Source of the DNA: Eledone cirrhosa
Taxonomy: Eukaryota
Length of the DNA: 64,000 nucleotides
Direction of reading: 5' to 3'
Assembly: GCA_964016885.1 (NCBI GenBank)
Contig: OZ024747.1
Span: forward strand, 12,772,001 to 12,836,000
Below the pieces are notes generated by a model. That model was not told the DNA's origin, searched no databases, and saw only the letters and a program-made list of their open reading frames with translations. Positions 56,100-64,000 of this stretch are shown here, one piece after another. Position 1 is the first letter of the stretch; every line of letters begins with the position of its first letter. A program made the translations under genes and the position numbers.

Positions 56100-56260
56100 C
56101 AGGGTTTCCCAAACCTTTTCAAATACAGAACCCTTTTTTGGTTCAGAAACTTTTGGGGGGAACCCCAAAGTCTAATACTGTTATATGGTCGTAATATAAA
56201 TATACTCCTCTACCTTTTATCACGGAACCCCGGATACTTCTTTGTGGAACCACTGTTCCA
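56100..56260. mobile_element. Partial hAT/Charlie-type MITE
   Basis: Left TIR CAGGGTTTCCCAAAC and GGAACCC subterminal repeats. Right TIR missing. Confidence 0.5.
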
Positions 56261-56317
56261 TAGCATATAAGCTATTTATAATTGGCAATTTCATAAAGTG
56301 ATATATATAGTCTGGAA

Positions 56318-56550
56318 CTAAAGTATATATTTATTAGGTCGTATAACATGTGATTGTAATACACAAACCGAATTCCAAGTTCTTGCCAATGTGTCCGAGC
56401 ACGGAAAAGCCGAACTCCCACTGACATCGCCTCCATCTCTCTGCATTATGAGCAAATGGGGTCCCCACGTGCTGGTGGATAGAATGGAGAAGGCGTTTCC
56501 CCGGAGGATGGCAAGGGAGATGTGCAGGAAAAGCCATTTCATCTCGCATT
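56318..56550 (-). mobile_element. CRE-like retrotransposon 3' fragment
   Basis: EMKWLFLHISLAILRGNAFSILS. Homologous to 8725-8908. Confidence 0.7.
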
Positions 56551-57027
56551 TCATAAAGTTGTCTAAGTAGTTGTATTTCTGTATTTAGACATGTTTTTTT
56601 CCTGATTCCAACATGCCCTGGTTTACTCACTACCGATTGAAATGTTTCGTTACAACCCTTACTTTCAATTGGTTTGGATAATTTTCTCGATATATTAAAG
56701 GGATTGGCCTCATGTATTTATATTGCGATTATATATACACCCCCCGCTCTTTATATATATATATACACACATTCATGCATACATACACATATCGCTGTCC
56801 TGACAGACGGCGTGTCTTGGATATTTTCAACTTGACGGAGTCCATCCCTTGCTAGGTCGGAACATAGATTCTTTTTGTCTACAAGAAATTATCTCAGTAT
56901 TGGATTGGTACTTTATTTGTCGATCTCGAAAAAATGAAAGGCAAATTTAACCTCGGCGAGATTTAAACTCAAAGCGCAGTAAACTGAAACCAATACCGAA
57001 GACTTTTAATGCGACGCGCCCTAACGA

Positions 57028-57073
<46 letters not shown>

Positions 57074-57075
<2 letters not shown>

Positions 57076-57335
57076 GAAGTGGTTACACAACAATTGTTAC
57101 ACACAATTGTTTCACCTTAGCGGATCCTCAGCTGAGGATCCGCTAAGGTGAAACAATTCTTCTCGGTATGGTGATCTAACTGTGTTGTGTAACCACGTCT
57201 ACTTAAATCGTCCCATGGACTGAGTGTTCTACCACTATATATATATCTAGATATATATATATATCTATATATATATATATCTGAGTACCCTCCGCGCGCC
57301 AACGATCTCAGTCACTTGAAAGCAGTCTTGTTATA
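57074..57335. mobile_element. Fold-back element with back-to-back hammerhead cores (family H5)
   Basis: Perfect 54-bp palindrome 57105-57158 centred on CAG|CTG. Minus strand reads CTGAGGA-tCC gctaa GGt-GAAA-CAATTG tgtgtaa CAATTG-TT. TGAGTAC at 57282. Confidence 0.7.
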
Positions 57336-57379
57336 TTTTATAAAATTTCTCCGGAAAGCCGTATATATGGTGTATAAAT

Positions 57380-57580
57380 ATTGGTTTCTACTGTAGGCAC
57401 AAGGCCAGCAATTTTGGGGGAGGGGAAAGTCGATTAAATCAACCCAGTGCATGACTGGTACTTTATTTTATCGACCCCGTAAGGATGAAAGGCAAAGTGA
57501 ACTCAGATTATAAAGGGCCGTAACTCTCTGCTGCAAAGCATGGCGTCCGACCCTCTACCGATACTGCCAATCCACCGCCC
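57380..57580 (-). mobile_element. SINE family A (long subtype, small internal deletion)
   Basis: Consensus match. TSD TGGTGTATAAATATTG. Confidence 0.9.
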
Positions 57581-57723
57581 GTGGTGTATAAATATTGTCT
57601 GGTTATCTGTAACATCTTTTACTGTTGTTCGGTATTTATATGTTTTGTGTCGTGGATCAACCACCCACTTGACCAGATGCGATTCTTTTTCTCTTTCCCT
57701 TTCGCTCTTTTACTTTCAAATAT

Positions 57724-57791
<68 letters not shown>

Positions 57792-57795
<4 letters not shown>

Positions 57796-58010
57796 AGAGT
57801 CAGGACCCCCACGGCTGAGCTCCGGCCGTTTCGACAGCTAGATCCGAACTAAACCAGTATACTGCTGGCTTAATGCGGATCTAGCTGTTGAAATGGCCGG
57901 AGCTCAGCCGTCGGGGTCCTGACTATTTTCTTATTACCCACTCTACTACCCTAAGTATCGAGTACTCTGGTGCGTTATGGTCCAGCTGGTATTTTACCAC
58001 ATCTTGTTTG
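57792..58010 (+). mobile_element. Fold-back Penelope-like remnant with hammerhead 3' half (family H1)
   Basis: Hairpin 57792-57930 with GAAA(C/T)GGC-cggagctca-GCCG-TC-GGGGTCC and tail AAGTATCGAGTAC. (TA)n flanks. Confidence 0.72.
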
Positions 58011-58732
58011 TCGCACGCATGCACGCAGGCAAGTAGGCAGATATATATATATATATATAAATGTAAGTATGTATGTATACGTACATACATATATGTATAC
58101 AGACGTACAGTAGCATGCATATATATATATATATATATATACATACATATATATACAGGTACACATACATATATGTACGTATCAGTTTAGAGTGAGAAAT
58201 GAAATTTCGTTTTCATTTTATTACAACTATATATATATATATATATATACATATAAAGGACGCCATGAACTTGGTTTTTGCTAGATAAGTATGTTACGCT
58301 TGGTGCTCATCGAATAAGAGAGTTGATGTAGTTAGTTGATTCCAATGAGGTTCGATCGTGTTTAGTTTGTTGCTTTGAGGGAGAACAGCAGTGAAATGGA
58401 AATTGCGAAAAATTCTTTTCTTAGAACCAACTCACTTCTACCGACTAGATAAAAAATAAGTGTCCCATAGCAGCTAGTGTAATATTTCTTTGATTGTATT
58501 TGGAATATAGATTTTAGTCATCTGGGAAGACGTTAAATTAAAGGGAATAATTAAAATGAAAAGAGACAGGAAATGTTGAAATGGGGAAATAAAGAAACCG
58601 ATCTCAGCAGTGAGGAGAAAATAGATATTTCATTTCAATCTGGAGAGAATGAGGAATGAGATACGCATATTCAGTTTGTAGTGTTTAAAAATGTATACAT
58701 ATTTGGTCATTCAATCGTCCAAATGGATGCAA

Positions 58733-59030
58733 CATGGTCGAATGGCTAAGTCCGTTTCTCAATCGTGGGTTCAATACCGTTGTATGACATCTTGAGCAAG
58801 TGTCATTTAGCATAGTTTCGAGCAGACGACCCTTGCCTTATGGAAATTGTTTGGAAGCCCTCGTAGAATGGAAAGTGTTTGTAATTCAAAGGGCCAGCCT
58901 TGTCACACTTCCACGTTAGCCTTGTGAATTATGTTGACTATACACTTGTCTGCGGGATGCTCAGTCACTTACTTTAATTTTATGAGCAGGCTGTTTCTTT
59001 GATCGAACAAATGGAATAATCATCATCGAA
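58733..59030 (+). mobile_element. Diverged tRNA-derived SINE (family B, longer form)
   Basis: TGGTCGAATGG / GGGTTCAATACC boxes and TTGAGCAAG. The 3' part GTAATTCAAAGGG..CAGCCTTGTCACA also occurs at 46460-46660. Confidence 0.6.
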
Positions 59031-59414
59031 ACTGAAACAAAAATGAAAAAAAACTACTTAAACAGGGGAATACTAAAGAACATAAACTGTAAAGTCGGCT
59101 CTTTACTATCAAAACGAACCACAAGGCTGGTCATGGAAAAAGGTCTTCTTCCTAGAAGTAGTTAGAGAAATCCTGTAGTTTATATTGATTACTAATACGT
59201 TGAAGTGATTCAAGATAAGAATATTTTAATAATTTATTTCTGATATACAAATAATTACATAAATGTTCAGCATGTATCAGGTACAAATGACTTACAGGAT
59301 TAAATGTATGAGTAACATTGGATAAATAACTATTTACAAAAGCCAAATCTAGTTAGTTGTGATTGGAAAACAAACTTGTAGCAGCATGACTGAACTAGGA
59401 AGTGTGTATGTGTG

Positions 59415-59750
59415 GAAATAGTCGGGCTTGACACCCGATCGCGCGGTTAAACCACTGTTAGTGAAGGACCCCTAGCCTTTGCCAGGGCATTCTTCTAGGA
59501 GAAGGAAACTCAGGAAACTGGGATAACTCCGATATAAAACCTGCGGCTCAGTAGTTACCGATGATGTTGATCTTTTCTTCTTTTCGGGTTATAGCTACTG
59601 TCCATCAGACAGTGGGATTGGCTCAGTGCACAGTCTTTCCTCACTTTAAAAAATATTTTCACGCACAGGCATTGCACGATAGAATTAATTAATAATTATT
59701 AATAATGGTATATCGTGCAATGGCCATACTCGATAACGAGGGGGCAGCCA
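59415..59750 (+). mobile_element. RTE-like 5' UTR or RTE-derived short element
   Basis: GGGCA..TCTAGGAGAAGGAAACTC..AAACC and CACTTTAAAA..GCACAGGC resemble motifs recalled from RTE 5' regions. Confidence 0.4.
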
Positions 59751-59973
59751 ACATCATGTATGTATGTATGTTCTGGTTTTATAATTTCGCAAATTTTTGC
59801 CAATAGAGAGTCAGTTTCTAACATAGTTACAAGACTCTCTCATTGGAATTTACACATCAACTAGGTAGATATGTATGCATGTCTGCATGTGTGCGCAGGT
59901 ATGGATGTTATTGTATGCGTGGATGTGTGTTTTGAGTTGTATATGTGCATGTGCATACGCTTTGTATCTGTTA

Positions 59974-60230
59974 TCAGATGCAACATTTTTGGAATGTTTT
60001 ACATAGTTTTACTGTTCCATTAATGCATTGTACTTGTAATTTCCTAACCAATTGTGTTCTTTCTGTTCCTGTGAAGCCCAGCTTCTCAAGATTTGTATTG
60101 AGGCAGTTACTAACATATTCAAGTGCCCCAATAATCACGGGTATAAATCTGAAGGTATAGTCAGGGTGGAGTATCTGCAGATTTTTCATTAGTTCTGCAT
60201 AAATATTCTCCTTTTCGTTAATCTTTAATA
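59974..60230 (-). mobile_element. R4/Dong-like non-LTR retrotransposon C-terminal fragment
   Basis: EKENIYAEL..LQILHP..FIPVIIGAL..LEKLGF..KLQVQCINGTVKLCK matches the RLE tail pattern K..KY..L / P(I/V)IIGALG / LQ...GT. Confidence 0.65.
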
Positions 60231-60644
60231 TTATGTATGTATGTGTAAATTTTATAGTTACAGACGGATATATATATATATATATACACGAAAACACACA
60301 TGGTGTATTACTATGGTTGGTTGATAAGAGGAATGAAGAGACTATTTCTTTAATGTCAGCAGATTGATTAATAATTAGCATCGAACTCCATAGTCTTTCT
60401 CTTACCACAGAATGCAAAGTAAATCAGAGTTTTGAAGGATAACATTCTTAAAATCTGCTCGGACACTTCAAGTGTAGTAGTGGTTGACATTCGATATTAA
60501 CTACTATTAAAACAATATCAAAGTGGGGGATTGGCAGAATTGATAGCCAGAGCAAATACCAAAAGAGTATTTATCCGACGTTCTATTTACATTCCGAGTT
60601 CAAATTCTTCCGTGGTCGATAAGATGAAATACCAGTTAAGCAAC

Positions 60645-60965
60645 CGTCTCCAACTGATCCGGCTGGATCCCCAAGGGAGACCAGCCAAGCTCATGGATGT
60701 TATCCAACCACCATACTCGACCTCTACCCCTGGGTCTCCTGCCGGTTGGTTTTGCCCGATATTTCCACAAAGATGTTTAGCGATTTATTTATCGATTACT
60801 GGAAATGATTATATATTTAATTTAATTATGTAAAATTGTTTAAAACTGTGATCATTTCAGGTCCAGCAATGCGCCCCTCTAAAGTCTGCGCCATAGGAGT
60901 ATTTTGTGAGGCTTTATGGCCAAGTTTAGACACTCACGGACAAATACGTAAACCAACTTTTGAAA
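60645..60965. repeat. Second copy of the composite repeat at 10405-10745
   Basis: Colinear similarity across the RTE-fragment/AT-rich junction. Confidence 0.85.
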
Positions 60966-61391
60966 TCGTATTTGATTGATAGTGGTGGTGGTGTTAATTT
61001 TAGTCTTGTATTTTTTCGAGGTCAACAAAATAAAGTACCAGCTAAGTACTGAGGTTAATTTAAGCGACTGGAATCTCTTTCAAAATATCTGGCCTTGTAG
61101 CTATGTCAGAAATCACTATCATTTAAAGATTTTGCAGGAGTGTCTCTTTTTAAAATTATTATTGTTCATTAGAATTTCCTTTAACAATGACTGCTTTAGG
61201 TACTTGTACAACATCTTATCTATATCTATCTATCTGGGGATTTCGATTGTTAAATTTGTTTGTTTTAATAATAGTTTTACACGATTGTATGTAAAATCCC
61301 CGGCATGTGTCTTTGTATTGTCCCCTTTTCTTGTGCGCCCTTGTGGCAAATAAAGAAATATATCTATCTATCCATCTATATATATATATAT

Positions 61392-61774
61392 TTATATCAA
61401 AGGTATATATTGAGTTAGAAACTCAAAATAGTCTCTAACAATTAAATAGCTCAAAGAAAGAGGTTTTTCTGAGCCGTGTAATATAATTGAATATAAAAGA
61501 GGGATAAACACAGATATAAACATACATGTGTTCAAATTGTAAGGGACCAAGTTCGCTAGGGTTGCGAAACAGCCTACCATAAGCTGTCTGGGTGTTCCGG
61601 CAGTTGCCCAATATAGGTTTGTATTCCTTTTCTTGATTTATTGTTTTAAATTGAGTCTGGCAAACCATATTGTTAATAGTTAGTATTCTGTTCACCCTAG
61701 CGAACTTGGTCCCTTACGATTTGAAGACATGTATGTTTATATTTGTGTTTACCTCTCTTTTATATTCAATTATA
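61392..61774 (+). mobile_element. Inverted-repeat Penelope-like remnant with hammerhead 3' half (family H6)
   Basis: Arms 61481-61562 and 61694-61774. GAAA-CAGC-ctaccataa-GCTG-TC at 61566-61588. Tail homologous to about 42400-42490. Confidence 0.65.
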
Positions 61775-61789
61775 TATATATTTATATAA

Positions 61790-61958
61790 ATTTGTTTTGC
61801 AAGGTTTTTGATTTGATATGAAATCGTGTGTTGAAACAAATATTTTTATATTTGGGGAGGGTCATATTGTTATAATATTGCCTGAAATATATAATAAAAC
61901 ACATTTTAATATATTTCTGGCAATATTATAATATGATCCTCTCCAAATATAACAATAT
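61790..61958. mobile_element. Fold-back remnant (family H4)
   Basis: Hairpin about 61851-61957 plus tail homologous to 24722-24805. Confidence 0.6.
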
Positions 61959-63374
61959 ATATATATATATATAAGTACATTTGATACGATAATGTTGTTT
62001 TATAACTATATTAATCTACAAGGTGTGTCTGAATTGCATCGTTTTTAAACTGTTTCGTGTGTGTCTTGAAAAGTGATATTCCTACTTGTAAAACCTCAGT
62101 ACATTTATATTCTTTAATAGTTCTTGTCACATTGAATCCTCACTGGGACCCTTTTTAATGGCTACGCCATGTTGTTATTAATTCTAAGGTGTAATGTCGC
62201 ATGTGGTGTTTGATAGGAAATTTTGTAGGTAGTTTTAGATTAGTTCTTCCATTATCTAGTTTGTCCCCTCACAAAAAACATTTTAATGACACAATTTGAT
62301 GAAACGGAACCCCTTTAATTTATTGAATCAAATATTTCAAACATCCAAACAGAAATGTAAATATCATAGGCATTCATGACATTCTCTTTCATCAGTCGTA
62401 TAATTAAATATTTATCGAATTTTATATTACGAAAGCTAACACAGAGGAAAGATTGACGCAATTATATCTCTATGCAAATCAATGTTTTCTGCACCCTCAG
62501 AGATCGGTTTCATATTGTAACAATGTAATCTGCCCACCTCAGAGACTGGTTTTGTATTGCAACAGTGCAGATGCGATAATGTTACCATTTAAAATCAAAA
62601 CAACGTTTCCCCTTGATTATTGGACATTCTTTTTAGAGAGATTCATGGCGTAACATTAGTTCAACAAGAGAGGCAATTGCATTTTTTGTTTGTTTTTGGT
62701 GGTGGGGATTCAATGATATCGCTTAATATTTTTTTAGTGTCTAATTATAATTTTAGATCCATTAATGAATACACTTGCTCTTAATGGTGTCTTTACAAAC
62801 AAATGCTTTTTTTTCTTTCTAAACATGTAAATGTTTGCAATGTTGAAATTCATTATTTGAATTAATGCATGCTCACTATGGAATAATCAAGATTCAACAT
62901 CTTTTATCAACACTGAATCAATTTCTCAAATTGGCGTTGATCTTTTATCATAAAGTGTGTGTGTGTGAAGGAAAATATCTACAAAACCGTCAACTCATAC
63001 CTTATATTTTTTTTATTATTCACAGTTGTATAAATAACATAATAAATAGGTAATACACACATCTAGGACCACATACAACAAAAGGCAGGCGAAAGGGGTG
63101 GACAAACGAACTGCTTCCTGAGCAAAAGATAACAATATCGCGAGGAGCAGTGGAAAACATCTTTAATTATTTAGTATAGATGTAAGAAACATTAACTTAT
63201 GTTCCAATGAGAAGTTTAGTTATATTACTGCATCCATCCAAATTCTTAATTATTTGAAAATCTTAGGCAGTTTCTTTCATTAGAAATATGGTAACGAAAG
63301 TGTCTATATTTATTTAAAAACCTTCCATCGAAATTTTATGCAAGAACCATTGTTATGTTCGAAACACCAGCTTA

Positions 63375-63563
63375 ATAATTGTTTCTACTTTTGACACAAG
63401 GCCAGCAATTACCCCAGTGTATTACTGGTACTTGATTTTATCAACCCCGTAAGGATGAAAGGCAAAGTTAACCTTGGTGGGATTTGAACTCAGAACGGAA
63501 AGGGCCGTAACTCTATGCGTTAAGCATGGTGTCCGACCCTCTACCGATACTGCCAATCCACCG
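63375..63563 (-). mobile_element. SINE family A (short subtype) inside a piggyBac-type MITE
   Basis: Consensus match. TSD GCTTAATAAT. Confidence 0.9.
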
Positions 63564-63685
63564 CTTAATAATGGTGAAGTTAGTTATATTACTGAATCTC
63601 TCCAAATTCTTGATTATTTGAAAATCTTAGGCTGTGTCTTTCATTAGAAATATGGCAATAAAAGGGTTATCATTATTATTTACAT

Positions 63686-63972
63686 TTCCTAGTCTAGATC
63701 TTGTATGTTCCTAGTCTACATCATGTATGTTCCTAGTCTAGATCTTGTATGTTCCAAGTCTAGATCATGTATGTTCCTAGTCTAGATCATGTATGTTCCT
63801 AGTCTAGATCATGTATGTTCCTAGTCTAGATCATGTATGTTCCTAGTCTAGATCTTGTATGTTCCTAGTCTAGATCTTGTATGTTCCTAGTCTAGATCTT
63901 GTATGTTCCTAGTCTAGATCTTGTATGTTCCTAGTCTAGATCTTGTATGTTCCTAGTCTAGATCTTGTATGT
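63686..63972. repeat. 22-bp minisatellite, about 13 copies
   Basis: Unit TTCCTAGTCTAGATC(T/A)TGTATG. Confidence 0.95.
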
Positions 63973-64000
63973 TTTAAAAATCTGTTTCTAAAATGTTTTA

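Overview
AT-rich, microsatellite-dense, non-coding animal DNA. The repeat content resembles an octopus or other cephalopod genome, but that is inference. No intact host protein-coding gene is visible, and almost all listed ORFs are artefacts of (TA)n/(CA)n/(GA)n tracts, minisatellites or SINEs. The window holds about 21 copies of one tRNA-derived SINE, other SINE families, and fragments of several non-LTR retrotransposon clades (CRE-like, RTE, CR1/L2-like, Hero-like, R4/Dong-like). These include a young 5'-truncated RTE with a PHD-type finger inside its reverse transcriptase. There are also decayed hAT/Charlie transposases, hAT and piggyBac-type MITEs, a non-autonomous Helitron, eight minisatellites (several grown out of SINE segments), a 4.5-kb (TA)n block and a few candidate non-coding exons. 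The most striking signal is about a dozen short, ORF-less fold-back elements sitting in (TA)n tracts. They carry complete or half hammerhead-ribozyme motifs and a shared ACTC..GAGTAC tail motif, which best fits Penelope-like retroelement pseudo-LTR remnants or retrozyme-like units. Several fold back exactly at hammerhead stem II or at the start of the catalytic core. All alignments and folds were done by eye, so coordinates can be off by a few bases.
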